Below, piece after piece: positions 47,833-57,867 of a stretch of DNA of 64,000 nt (the first letter of the stretch is position 1; every line of letters begins with the position of its first letter). Below the pieces are notes generated by a model, which did no database searches, was not told the DNA's origin, and worked only from the letters and a program-made list of their open reading frames with translations. Position numbers and translations under genes: made by a program. The DNA lies in IMG/VR virus record IMGVR_UViG_2671180233_000001, positions 1-64,000 of that record. One strand, written 5' to 3'. The DNA comes from a virus (Duplodnaviria; Caudoviricetes).

Positions 47833-48357
47833 ATGGCAACTCAACTTAATTTAGCGACATTGGCTGTAACAGATCCATATATTCAAAAAATTAAAAATGC
47901 ACTTGCATCTACGACTGGTCAGGAAATCCCAATTATCAACTTAGAAAAAGTCAAGCGGGTATCTGGTGTAAGTGCAGTACCGGTAGAATTTATTTTTGCC
48001 GGTGGCCAAGCCTTAAAATTATTCATTCGGGCTGGTGCGGACGTTTTCAAAGCAGAATTGAATGGTAAATCAATCGTCTTGTCTGGGGATTTTTCCAATG
48101 ATCTTAAAATGACTTTTGATAATGGTGTAAATGGTGTAGCCAAACTAATCCGTAACGGCCAAAAGAAATTTGAGATTTCACGGACCAAAGAAAAGGTAAA
48201 AATTCCAAGTACATCAAGTCCCTCTAAATCGCTCACAAGTTTACTTAAAGAGGTAACTGAACAAGAAAATTCACTTGATCAACAGATTGCAGATAGCACA
48301 ACAGTTAGAGATCAATTGCTTGAACAAATCGAACAAGCAAAATTACTTTCAGCTTAG
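47833..48357 (+). CDS. Hdf/DarA-N-like protein
   Basis: KR..GV...V...FA.GQ.L.L pattern resembles the DarA-like domain at 62963; coiled-coil tail. Confidence 0.5.
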   Translation: MATQLNLATLAVTDPYIQKIKNALASTTGQEIPIINLEKVKRVSGVSAVPVEFIFAGGQALKLFIRAGADVFKAELNGKSIVLSGDFSNDLKMTFDNGVNGVAKLIRNGQKKFEISRTKEKVKIPSTSSPSKSLTSLLKEVTEQENSLDQQIADSTTVRDQLLEQIEQAKLLSA

Positions 48358-48365
48358 GAGCGATT

Positions 48366-48716
48366 ATGGTTCTTATCCTAGATGTAATATTGGTTGGATT
48401 CGTGACATTGCTGGCATTTTTATCTGGTTATTGGGCTAACAAGCATAAAACCATGATTCATACATTAAATTCGCATCCCTTTTTACCTATCGTTTTAAAA
48501 AAAATTATGGTGCTTTTGGCATGGGTTTTAGCATTTGTAACTTTACTTATCTTGATTTCAGCTTGGCGACTTATGCAGGTCATTATTGATCTTGGGGGAT
48601 ATGGGGTCAGTGCATGGACTCTGGTGATTCTATATTTTCTGTTTTGCATCTGGTTTATTTACATTGCGATAGGGTACCGACTACTGCACGCTGCCAAAAT
48701 GAGATTCTATCCATGA
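48366..48716 (+). CDS. Three-TM membrane protein (holin candidate)
   Basis: AGGAG SD; three hydrophobic helices; late operon. Confidence 0.5.
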   Translation: MVLILDVILVGFVTLLAFLSGYWANKHKTMIHTLNSHPFLPIVLKKIMVLLAWVLAFVTLLILISAWRLMQVIIDLGGYGVSAWTLVILYFLFCIWFIYIAIGYRLLHAAKMRFYP

Positions 48717-49048
48717 TTGTAACCAGTGATGTTATTGCCATGATCGAGCACTGGTTATTTACACCACCCAATGGCTATTTTGGATCAAGTTATGGTGCAG
48801 ATTTGAATGGTTTGTTGTTACGACCTTTAAACTCGACGGTAGCGGATGAGTTTATTGCAAAGATGAAAACAGATATTCCAATTTTAGCAGGGTTAGATAG
48901 TAGTCAATTGGCATTGTATAGCACTGCTGAAGGATTTGAAAAACGCATTATTGTTCTGAGCGTTGGAACAATCACAATTAATTTAAACAATGTTCAAAAT
49001 CAGTTATTGAGTGAACAAGGGGAAACATACGATGCTAACGCAAGCTGA
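48713..49048 (+). CDS. Baseplate wedge gp25-like protein
   Basis: WL.TP.NGY.GS.YG motif; precedes the J-like gene. Confidence 0.6.
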   Translation: MIVTSDVIAMIEHWLFTPPNGYFGSSYGADLNGLLLRPLNSTVADEFIAKMKTDIPILAGLDSSQLALYSTAEGFEKRIIVLSVGTITINLNNVQNQLLSEQGETYDANAS

Positions 49049-50486
49049 GTTTGAAACGAAACTGGTTGCCCAGTTATCTGATTCGGATATTCTGCAACGT
49101 TATAATGCTGGTGATCCTATTGTTATCCAGCAAATACGCTCAATGGCAGCATATTTGTCCCTAATGTCACGTGAAATTGATATTGCTACACTTGAACCGT
49201 TCATTAAAACTCGTGATCGTTCAATCATTGCCGATGCGAGCAACAAAAATATTTTACCAACGGCTACCGCATGTCAACATCAGATGCTGATCAACAATAA
49301 TGGAAACAATAGTGTTTCTTTATCACAAGGTAGGGAAATTGAAGATAACAGTGGGGGGCGGCCTTGGCGGTTACTGCAATCGGTAACAATTGCTGCTGGA
49401 GATAGTGCCACCGTTATTGCAGAGCAAAGTACATATCGAGAAGTGAGTTATACGGTTCCAATGACTGAAGTGTTTCATCAGGCAGAGATTCAATTACAAG
49501 ATGATATGTCATTGTGTGTGCTTTCTATATTTGATGATGATACACCTACCCCAAATCAATATGCATTACAGCCACGTTGGATGAATGTTGATATTGATGA
49601 TTATGCCGTAAATATTGTTACAGATAGTCTAAGACGATTATTTGTTCAATTTGGAGATAGTGAACGTGCTGGCCGTACTGCCAAAATTGGTGAAGTATTT
49701 ACTTTTGGAATTACAGAAACTTATGGATATGTCGATACATCAAGACTTAAAGATGCATCTTTGGTAGATATAAATAATAATGCTGAACAAAAACTGACAA
49801 TAAAGTTTATTTCAGGTGGTGTTATTCGTGCTGGGTCAGATCCCCTCAATATCAATCAATTACGTGTTTTGTCGAGTTATCCCTCACTTTATGATGAAAA
49901 TGCTGTGTATTTAGGAAATTTTGATTATTTAGTGCGTAAGAAATTCATGTCTCGTTGTCATTTTATTAGTGTTTGGAATGAAAATTTACAGGACCGATAT
50001 TATGGTGCAACTTATCAAGATATCAATCATTTACATGTTGCTGTTGTCGCGCAAAATCAAGATGAACAGAGCAGTATCATAGCCGAGATCAGCCAACTAA
50101 TAGGCCATGCTGATAATTTGTATCAGGATCGGGTGATTACTGAAACAGTCGAAGAAAAGAAATATGCACTGACAATTTCCGGTCAATTAGCAGCAGTACA
50201 TGATATTGATAGTGTTACAGCACAGATTAAGGCGCTTTTGGTAGAAAAGTATGGTCGCACGACATTATCTGCAAGCCGCTGGCTGGTGAATGGCTTCAAT
50301 AAACAAGAAATTTCCACGTTATTACGGAACAATATTTCCGCATTTCAAGATCGTATCAGTGATTTTTCACTTATCGCTTCTTCAGACAGTGTATTACCAC
50401 ATCAGTGGTTATATATGAGTGCTGAAAGTATCAATATTAATCTTGAACGAACAGCAGACAGCATAGGAACTTCATGGATATTGTAA
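49032..50486 (+). CDS. Baseplate wedge protein (J/BplA-like)
   Basis: VQFGD....G motif, size and position. Confidence 0.65.
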   Translation: MLTQAEFETKLVAQLSDSDILQRYNAGDPIVIQQIRSMAAYLSLMSREIDIATLEPFIKTRDRSIIADASNKNILPTATACQHQMLINNNGNNSVSLSQGREIEDNSGGRPWRLLQSVTIAAGDSATVIAEQSTYREVSYTVPMTEVFHQAEIQLQDDMSLCVLSIFDDDTPTPNQYALQPRWMNVDIDDYAVNIVTDSLRRLFVQFGDSERAGRTAKIGEVFTFGITETYGYVDTSRLKDASLVDINNNAEQKLTIKFISGGVIRAGSDPLNINQLRVLSSYPSLYDENAVYLGNFDYLVRKKFMSRCHFISVWNENLQDRYYGATYQDINHLHVAVVAQNQDEQSSIIAEISQLIGHADNLYQDRVITETVEEKKYALTISGQLAAVHDIDSVTAQIKALLVEKYGRTTLSASRWLVNGFNKQEISTLLRNNISAFQDRISDFSLIASSDSVLPHQWLYMSAESININLERTADSIGTSWIL

Positions 50487-52513
50487 GTTTTACTCAACCC
50501 ATCCAGCAATCTTTTGCTCAAGATGGACTTGAAACTGATTTGGTCTCAGCATTTATTGCTGTAATGGCAAATGAAATCCATGCTGATTTTCAGGATTTGG
50601 TTGATTATGGCTGTCCACATATTGGTAGTGCCCGAGTTGTTGAACGTTTCACTAAACAAGATGGTCTGGTTGTATTAAGGCGTTCAGATTCATCAGACAA
50701 GATTATGCAGGTTATTTTTGCAACATGGCAAAGTCTTGGCAGTGAGCGCGGTCTTAATTTTTTAGAATTTGTCTTAAAAATGCTTTGGGCAAATAATTGG
50801 ACTATAAAAAGGCTTTGGCATAAAACGGACCAAATAGAAAATTATCCACGTTTTTTATCAGAAATTAAGCAAAATCATCATTTCCTAACAAGTCGAATTA
50901 ACCTTGAAATTGGTGAAAATGTTGATTTATCTGAAATTGTAGAGCTATCTCCAGCTGTCAGAAAACTTGTGCCGGCAAATATTGTGCTTAAAGTGATTGC
51001 CAAAGCTCTTAATAAAGATTTGGGTGAATCTCAAATTGGTGTCGCCTGTGTAGCAAAAACCTACAACTTTGTCAGAATTGGCGTTGAATATGATCGCTAT
51101 AGCGGCTTTGCACCACCTTATTTACTGAATTTGCAAAAAATTGACGAGAAAATTATCTGTAGTTGGCAAAGTGATGATGTTGTGACAGGATTTCACATCT
51201 ATCGTTGTGAAGAAAGCTTGTTGAATCTAAGCTTGAATTCTATCGCTGAAAAATCCTTTACAGTATCAGAATATCAACAATATTTTATTGATCTTTATCA
51301 GAATTTCACACCAGATTTATTAGCAAAAAATAGTGGATTCATCTTTTCTTTAAATCAAGTGATGAATGATGAAGGTATGCTATTTATAAGTGCTACAGTA
51401 GCGTTAAACAAATCAATTCATGCCACACTCTACAACTACAGCACCGGTGCAAATACATCAATTGCCCTTGTTGATATAGTTTCGATTATTATCAATCGTT
51501 GGCAATCAGCCAAAGCCTACGATCTAGTGAACTTTAAGGGGTTAAATGCTCTTAGTAATATCTTATCGAATAATGCTTGGTCTATTTCTAATACGGGGAA
51601 TGCCTATTATTCAGAACTTAACCCAGATTACTATGAAAGTTCATATGTAATTGATGGCAAAGCTTATAGCTTCCAAAGTTTTGATAATGCAGCAGCGACA
51701 TATTATTCGCAGATTATTCAGGCAAATGCTACGGATGAAGATGACTATGGTTATTTTGATTCAATTTCTCATAGCTGTAATATCCTGGATAAAAACTGTG
51801 AAGTAACAATTCACTATTTGAGTAAATCAGATAATACAACAATAAAAACCATAACTATTGATGTAGTTAGGATAGACAATCCAAATCATTTTGCATATTT
51901 GTATCAATATGAAGACGTAATTTATAGTTATCGTGATTTTAACGAAGCTGCTCAAAACTATTATGAAAATGAACTTTTGGCCAATAGTGCTGAAAGCGAT
52001 GATTACGGTGAATTTCAGTCAGCTTCTCATAGTTGTGGTATCACGGATGCAAGTTGTGAAGTGTTGGTGACTTATTTGAGTAAAATTGATGGCACTGAAA
52101 AGACACTAACTATCAATTTAAATTGTATTGATAATCCTGATTATGTCTCCGATCCTGATGCGTATCGACAAATTACGGTCAGTAATGAGGAGGTGACAAC
52201 TTTTGTAGAGGATTATCTGCTTAATAATCTTTCGGATGAGGCGAGTCAATCTTTTATTCAACAAGCCGCTGCATATGATGAAATATATGAAAATAATGAT
52301 CTGGCATTGATCTGGTCACAAGCTTTATTGAATGTACTTACTGATCGTACCTATCAGCTTTCTCCATATCCGATTTTGAAATTAACCACTGATCAGTTGA
52401 ATTATGCAGATGATTTTGTATTACAACATGATCAACGCTATTTTTATCGGATTAGTGCCTACACTTCTACAAAAGAGAAATTGGCCGTTTCTGAGGAAAG
52501 TATAGTTTTTTAG
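50474..52513 (+). CDS. Baseplate protein (I-like N-terminus) with extended, internally duplicated C-terminus
   Basis: RGL.FL...L and VPA motifs; ~85-aa tandem repeat. Confidence 0.6.
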   Translation: MDIVSFTQPIQQSFAQDGLETDLVSAFIAVMANEIHADFQDLVDYGCPHIGSARVVERFTKQDGLVVLRRSDSSDKIMQVIFATWQSLGSERGLNFLEFVLKMLWANNWTIKRLWHKTDQIENYPRFLSEIKQNHHFLTSRINLEIGENVDLSEIVELSPAVRKLVPANIVLKVIAKALNKDLGESQIGVACVAKTYNFVRIGVEYDRYSGFAPPYLLNLQKIDEKIICSWQSDDVVTGFHIYRCEESLLNLSLNSIAEKSFTVSEYQQYFIDLYQNFTPDLLAKNSGFIFSLNQVMNDEGMLFISATVALNKSIHATLYNYSTGANTSIALVDIVSIIINRWQSAKAYDLVNFKGLNALSNILSNNAWSISNTGNAYYSELNPDYYESSYVIDGKAYSFQSFDNAAATYYSQIIQANATDEDDYGYFDSISHSCNILDKNCEVTIHYLSKSDNTTIKTITIDVVRIDNPNHFAYLYQYEDVIYSYRDFNEAAQNYYENELLANSAESDDYGEFQSASHSCGITDASCEVLVTYLSKIDGTEKTLTINLNCIDNPDYVSDPDAYRQITVSNEEVTTFVEDYLLNNLSDEASQSFIQQAAAYDEIYENNDLALIWSQALLNVLTDRTYQLSPYPILKLTTDQLNYADDFVLQHDQRYFYRISAYTSTKEKLAVSEESIVF

Positions 52514-52515
52514 AT

Positions 52516-52580
52516 TGGAACCTTGCGCAATGTACCTCTAAAGCATATTGCAAACTAGCACTATGAAATAATTATGAGTT
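52516..52580 (+). promoter_or_regulatory. Late promoter element 9 (TGGAAC-N29-CAAACT); hairpin weak or absent
   Basis: -10 at 52551. Confidence 0.7.
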
Positions 52581-52587
52581 CAGAACA

Positions 52588-53244
52588 ATGCGTCAGACCA
52601 ATCCAGTTTTATTGTCTCAACTACGCCAAGATTATGAGTCTATTCAAGCGATAGGTGCGCCTTTACTCGCTTCACAAGGAATGTTGGTTTTTGAAGATAG
52701 TAGTATTTCATTGATGCGATATCACATCAAATCATCAATGCGTCCAATTGTCAGCAATGGTGATCCAGCAGAGGTGCAGTATGCTGGTGGACTTACTGGT
52801 ATTGTTGCCGGTGTGCCCAATACAAAATATACCGGTAATATTCAGATTATCGCAACTGAGTCAGGCTATGAACAGGAACTTGCTGAATATGTAGTAAATA
52901 CACTTGGCGGGATCATTGAACAAGCCACCTATTATGATGGTCGTATGGACAGCTATACTCGTGCATATAGTCTTCATAATTTAGCTTTGCGGTTTGAACC
53001 AGGTGAATTTGATTCCGAAAGCCGCTCGCAAGTTATGACTATATCTTGTCCTTGTGATTATAACTATTTTGGACTATATGCTGATATTGGAAGTAATGGT
53101 ACTGTGTCTGTGGGGCAAAAAACTGCTGCTGCCACAAGTTTCTCAAATACTGTTCAATCAACAATCAGAGCAACTCAGGCTGCTTTATCATCTGTCGGTC
53201 AAATTGCTAATGCAGCCAATACATTAGGTTCATTATTTGGGTAG
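52588..53244 (+). CDS. Tail tube-like protein
   Basis: D.ESRSQV....C.YNYFG pattern; own late promoter. Confidence 0.55.
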   Translation: MRQTNPVLLSQLRQDYESIQAIGAPLLASQGMLVFEDSSISLMRYHIKSSMRPIVSNGDPAEVQYAGGLTGIVAGVPNTKYTGNIQIIATESGYEQELAEYVVNTLGGIIEQATYYDGRMDSYTRAYSLHNLALRFEPGEFDSESRSQVMTISCPCDYNYFGLYADIGSNGTVSVGQKTAAATSFSNTVQSTIRATQAALSSVGQIANAANTLGSLFG

Positions 53245-53250
53245 CTCAAT

Positions 53251-53712
53251 ATGACTTTTAATTTGCAGCCAGACGATGAAAATACAGCGCGCCCGGTTTA
53301 CCTCAGAGTAGATGCGGGTACGATTGAAACTTTAGCAACTCAGTTGCATGATGAATTATCCGGTGCCGGGTATTCTCTACTAATTGATGATGTAATCAAT
53401 ATTGCGCTTATGGAGGCGCAATATTATTCCGCTTGGGCAGTACTGGAAGCCCAGCGTAACGCCACGATGATCATTCCCTTTGATAAAAATATCACTCTAG
53501 AAGCTTACGAGTGGGCAGTAATTGATCCTGTATTACGTGCGCATTGTGATCTGGTTCAATCACGATTGGTCGAAGGATCTCGGTCGCTTGGTGGTGATGG
53601 TTTTGGTCTATCTGTCAGTGAAGCCAATCAAATTTATTTGGAGGCACGTAAGACTATGCAACTGGAAGCATTTGTTGAACCGCCTTTTTCTTATAAAACT
53701 ATGAGTGAGTAA
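53251..53712 (+). CDS. Hypothetical virion protein (head-tail adaptor candidate)
   Basis: Late operon; EW..I.P...E.SR.LG...FG pattern. Confidence 0.5.
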   Translation: MTFNLQPDDENTARPVYLRVDAGTIETLATQLHDELSGAGYSLLIDDVINIALMEAQYYSAWAVLEAQRNATMIIPFDKNITLEAYEWAVIDPVLRAHCDLVQSRLVEGSRSLGGDGFGLSVSEANQIYLEARKTMQLEAFVEPPFSYKTMSE

Positions 53713-53714
53713 AG

Positions 53715-54605
53715 ATGCAGATTACATTGTTGAATGAAAATTTAACGATTTCAGCATCTGATCTATTAAATGCTACGTTACGCACTGATCTTGTGCCTGT
53801 GCCAGTAAGTCTAGAATTTACGGTACAGGACACTGAACAGTTATCCGCTGCATTGGTTTTGGATGCTCAGTTGAGCATTGGTGATTTTGGTGTAATGCTG
53901 AATATCATCAAAGTTGCTCCACTAAAGACACAATTGGTCAAAAATGGCCGTCGGATTGGTGGCATTGCCTGTGTTGCAATTCCTGTAGGTTGCAATCGGC
54001 TAATTCAAGCAGCAAACAATGCGGTTATATTAGAGCAAACTTCTTTTAATTCAGCATACCGGGCATGTGGTGCAAAAATTGGACTTGGATCTGATTTGCC
54101 TCTGCCTGAATTTATTTGCCTCAAAGGATCCCTACCTACTCAACGAATTGCCTTATATATGCAACAAGAAGCAGCAGTCATTGGGTACCAGAATAAAAAA
54201 ATTTGTGCATTAAAGATTGATGCACTGTTTAAACAAGAGGCTAAACAAAAAATTGATCCAAGTGCAGTTACTTGGATCCATAGTGATCGATTGGCAAATA
54301 TTGAAAAAGCATCATATGTTTCGGTAGATGATGATGGCAGCACTGTACTTGGAGAAGATACAACATCTGATCAAAAGATCATTCAAAGGGCGAGATTGAG
54401 TAGCCGTCAGCTGAAAAATTTAAATAAGGTATTGATTCAGCGAGGTACAATAATGCGACCATTAATGACTGATCTCAATGCCGGAGATTTAATCAATATT
54501 GATAGTAAAAATTATGTGATAGTTACAGCTGCACATCTGATTAATACCGGTTCACTTGGTGGAGCATCCGCTATGGCCAGTAAATTTTGGATTGCATCAC
54601 TTTAA
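53715..54605 (+). CDS. Baseplate hub-like protein
   Basis: LR.DL.PVP.SLE motif; precedes the spike gene. Confidence 0.55.
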   Translation: MQITLLNENLTISASDLLNATLRTDLVPVPVSLEFTVQDTEQLSAALVLDAQLSIGDFGVMLNIIKVAPLKTQLVKNGRRIGGIACVAIPVGCNRLIQAANNAVILEQTSFNSAYRACGAKIGLGSDLPLPEFICLKGSLPTQRIALYMQQEAAVIGYQNKKICALKIDALFKQEAKQKIDPSAVTWIHSDRLANIEKASYVSVDDDGSTVLGEDTTSDQKIIQRARLSSRQLKNLNKVLIQRGTIMRPLMTDLNAGDLINIDSKNYVIVTAAHLINTGSLGGASAMASKFWIASL

Positions 54606-54609
54606 TTAA

Positions 54610-54674
54610 TGGAACTCTCAATAAAAGGTATATAACAAATCAATCAAAATAGGATTAATAAATCATTTTTTGGT
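54610..54674 (+). promoter_or_regulatory. Late promoter element 10 (TGGAAC-N29-CAAAAT) with hairpin
   Basis: ATCAAAA...GATT/AATC...TTTTGGT. Confidence 0.72.
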
Positions 54675-54683
54675 AGTTAGAAC

Positions 54684-54959
54684 ATGATCCGGACAAAAGT
54701 ATTAGGTGAAGCGGCAGGAATTCAGTGGTCAGGCTTACAGGATCGGACTGAAACAAATAGCGTGACAGGCTTAGGTGCACCATTAATTGTCGGTCAATTC
54801 CGCCGTGGTCGTATCGATAAGCCAATAACAATTACAAACGGCAATATTAAGGCCGAGCTAGGCTATGACCCGACCAACAAAGACTATATCGCCGTGCAAT
54901 CTATGCTTGATACCGGAGTGCCTAGTGTGCAGGTGTTACGGATTGGAAACCACAATTAG
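54684..54959 (+). CDS. 91-aa protein resembling a tail-sheath N-terminal domain
   Basis: VGQF.RG..DKP.TIT......LG......Y......L..G....VLRI. Confidence 0.6.
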   Translation: MIRTKVLGEAAGIQWSGLQDRTETNSVTGLGAPLIVGQFRRGRIDKPITITNGNIKAELGYDPTNKDYIAVQSMLDTGVPSVQVLRIGNHN

Positions 54960-54961
54960 TT

Positions 54962-55477
54962 ATGTTGCAATCCCTTTTTAGACGAGCAAAAATGCTCAGC
55001 TATGATGCATCAAACCGTACAGCGAAAGTGCATATCTTTGGTTTAACTGATGGTGCTAGTGAGGGTTTGACGGCAACTTTTGCGTATCCGGTTGGTGATG
55101 ATGATCGAGATACGGAACGGCAAATTGTTTTGCAAAATGATGTTTATGTTTTCTTTGAGGGTGGTGACGAAGCCCGACCAGTTATAGCATTTTACAGTAG
55201 CCATGGTTCGGGAAACACCACTGATATTCGACGGATACGGCAGAAAAATATTGAACTTTTAGCGACTGCCAAGGTGGCAATTGCGGCACCTGAAATCTAT
55301 TTAACAGGCCATGTCATTATTGATGGAGATATTACCCACACTGGTAATCAGACCACTATTGGAACTATTACGGCAACTGTTGATATGGTCGCAGATGGTG
55401 TTTCAACTGTAAGCCATGATCATAGTGGTGTAGAGCGAGGATCTGGTGATACCAATAAACCCAATAAGTCTAATTAA
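54962..55477 (+). CDS. Baseplate spike protein (gpV-like)
   Basis: OB-fold V.VFFEGGD...P, beta-helix repeats, C-terminal HDHSGV.RG. Confidence 0.88.
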   Translation: MLQSLFRRAKMLSYDASNRTAKVHIFGLTDGASEGLTATFAYPVGDDDRDTERQIVLQNDVYVFFEGGDEARPVIAFYSSHGSGNTTDIRRIRQKNIELLATAKVAIAAPEIYLTGHVIIDGDITHTGNQTTIGTITATVDMVADGVSTVSHDHSGVERGSGDTNKPNKSN

Positions 55478-55483
55478 TCGTAT

Positions 55484-55548
55484 TGGAACAACTCAAAAAT
55501 TGTACAATAAGTCTAAGCCAAAATAACCATTAATTGGTTTTTTGGCTT
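55484..55548 (+). promoter_or_regulatory. Late promoter element 11 (TGGAAC-N29-CAAAAT) with hairpin
   Basis: AAGCCAAAATAACCA/TGGTTTTTTGGCTT. Confidence 0.78.
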
Positions 55549-55553
55549 TTTTT

Positions 55554-57167
55554 ATGGCAGCGCAGGATATTTTAGCGATTTTACTGGGTGCTGATTCAAG
55601 CGGCATGTCCAACCTTCAACAAAATGAATTAAGTAATGCAAGTCAAGAATCTATGGCTCGTATTCAAGATTCACTAAATCCATTTTCGCTTGGAACTTTT
55701 GAAACTAAAGACAATAAAAAACGCACTCGCATGGAGATCTATAGCAAATGGGAGAAAATGCTTAGATTTGCACCTATTTCGGAAGCAATGGGGATCCACG
55801 TTACAGCTGCTTTAGGTGGTGATGCAACGACCAGTCAACAGGTTTTTATCACACCGGCCCAACGTTTACGGGGAGGTGGGGGCACAATCAATAAAGCTCA
55901 ATTGGAAAAATTAGAAAAACGTATAAAGCCCATGGAAAAGCTGATTAACAAACATATTGTTAAAATATGCCGGGATGCAATAGGATTTGGCGATGGTTAC
56001 ACACGAGTTTACGGTACCAAAGGCATGGGTATTGTTGATCTAATGGCTAATGAATTCACCTATCCACCACTTATTCAAGCCTATGAACAGGTCAATAAAA
56101 CTGTAGCGTACCAGGCATTAGATTATAAAAATTGGCAAAAAGTTGTCTCAAAATTAAATATGATCCAGATGCTTCGTTTGAAAATGCCTCGAATTTCTCA
56201 TGTGCCACAATACCATGCATCAGATAGTTTTTTTAATATCAAGACATTACAAGTTGATAATATTAATGAAGCACCTATTGTACCAGCGCCAGTAGGCGGC
56301 TCATATTGTGCTGATGTAGAACCATTTTACGATAATATTATATTGGCATTATCGACAATGAACAGTCAGCAGATCGCAGATGCTGTGAATCAGGTTTTTT
56401 TGTCGGTTAATATGTCTGCAATGCCACCGGCACAACGTGATGCATATAAAAATGGCCTTAATACCATGATGCGTGACCATGAGAAGTTCGTGCGTGATGC
56501 ATTAGAGGGTGGCGATTCAATCTGGAATACAAAATATCATTTTCTACCTACAAATAATGAGAAACAAATTTTAAATACATTGGGTGATTTAAAGGGACAA
56601 CGTACATCACCGATCAATACTGAAACTTTAATGATTAATATTCGCCTGCTGATGGGTGGACTTGGCCTTGATCCATCCATGGTAGGCTGGGCAGATATGC
56701 TGGCTGGTGGTTTAGGTGATGGTTCTGCATTTCATACATCAGCACAAATTATGCGCCGTTCGATGATGCAACGTCAGGCAACTATGGATTTTGTAAATCA
56801 GATTTTAGCTTTGGACTGGGGATATGCTTACAATGAAGAGTTCAATGAAACTAACGATTATCCATGGAAGATTGAATATTACAGTGATCAATCTGCGGCA
56901 ATGACCGAAGCAATTACAAATCAACAGCAGCGAATGAATAATTTGATGCTTAAAGCTCAAGCAATTGCATCATTAAAAGACTTGGGCCTAAGTGAAGAAA
57001 CGATCACTCGTCTTTTAGAGCGTGACGGTGGCATGGATTACGATGAAGCTATTAAATTGGCAAAAGATTTAGTACAGCAGAGAGAACAGGAACAACTCGC
57101 TGGTAGTAATAATTCAGATGATCTTCCGACTGATGATCAAAATATTGAAGAAGAGGAAGGTATTTGA
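55554..57167 (+). CDS. Portal protein (P1 Prt-like)
   Basis: ~540 aa helical; LG.D.SM.G.AD.L.GGLG.G motif; acidic tail. Confidence 0.65.
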   Translation: MAAQDILAILLGADSSGMSNLQQNELSNASQESMARIQDSLNPFSLGTFETKDNKKRTRMEIYSKWEKMLRFAPISEAMGIHVTAALGGDATTSQQVFITPAQRLRGGGGTINKAQLEKLEKRIKPMEKLINKHIVKICRDAIGFGDGYTRVYGTKGMGIVDLMANEFTYPPLIQAYEQVNKTVAYQALDYKNWQKVVSKLNMIQMLRLKMPRISHVPQYHASDSFFNIKTLQVDNINEAPIVPAPVGGSYCADVEPFYDNIILALSTMNSQQIADAVNQVFLSVNMSAMPPAQRDAYKNGLNTMMRDHEKFVRDALEGGDSIWNTKYHFLPTNNEKQILNTLGDLKGQRTSPINTETLMINIRLLMGGLGLDPSMVGWADMLAGGLGDGSAFHTSAQIMRRSMMQRQATMDFVNQILALDWGYAYNEEFNETNDYPWKIEYYSDQSAAMTEAITNQQQRMNNLMLKAQAIASLKDLGLSEETITRLLERDGGMDYDEAIKLAKDLVQQREQEQLAGSNNSDDLPTDDQNIEEEEGI

Positions 57168-57796
57168 TGGCTTCCAATCAAGGCACATTAGAAACAATTG
57201 TAGTTACAGCTACAGATGAAAATCCAGGTCCATGGGTAGGAAGGACTGCCAAAGATGCTTATGCGCTTTACAATGCTATATATGCACTTGGTACAATATC
57301 AACAGCACATTTTGGGGTGGAATTTTCGCCGTTATTTAATGATGGTAAGATTGCAAATTTAGATTTGGCCCTTTTTGATAATTCTACTTACAAAATACCA
57401 TTTTTAGCCCAAAACGTTGAAGCGTCTTTAATTGATGCAGATACAGACAGTATTAAGGTTGGTGCATTTAACCTAAATCATATAACGGGTAATGCTTCAA
57501 ATGAGGTGCAAATATCTTTTATTGAAACTAAAAATGGTGATATTTCAGAAAGCTTTCGGTTAATAAAAAACTGTACATTTAATGATGATGGCACCCAATT
57601 CCCACCAAAAGATTATTTGATGAGAGTGCAAATATATAGTTTTGATAGAAATGATTATAATTTCAGAGCAATTGAACAAGCTTATATCGTCGCACTACAA
57701 GCCGCGAGTGTGCCATTTGATGCAACAAACTTAAATGGTGTGTTAGTCGTACCTGTCACATTTACCAAAATGTTTCCTATGCTAGTCAATTTATAA
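57167..57796 (+). CDS. Tube-fold baseplate protein
   Basis: SFIET..G and DGTQ.PPKDY motifs. Confidence 0.5.
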   Translation: MASNQGTLETIVVTATDENPGPWVGRTAKDAYALYNAIYALGTISTAHFGVEFSPLFNDGKIANLDLALFDNSTYKIPFLAQNVEASLIDADTDSIKVGAFNLNHITGNASNEVQISFIETKNGDISESFRLIKNCTFNDDGTQFPPKDYLMRVQIYSFDRNDYNFRAIEQAYIVALQAASVPFDATNLNGVLVVPVTFTKMFPMLVNL

Positions 57797-57798
57797 AA

Positions 57799-57862
57799 TG
57801 GAACCCAGCTAAAAACACAATTATTAAATCTTAAATAATATGTCTATGAACAATTTAGGCAT
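57799..57862 (+). promoter_or_regulatory. Late promoter element 12 (TGGAAC-N29-AATAAT) with RBS hairpin
   Basis: ATGTCTA (57840-57846) and TAGGCAT (57856-57862). Confidence 0.72.
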
Positions 57863-57867
57863 TTTTT

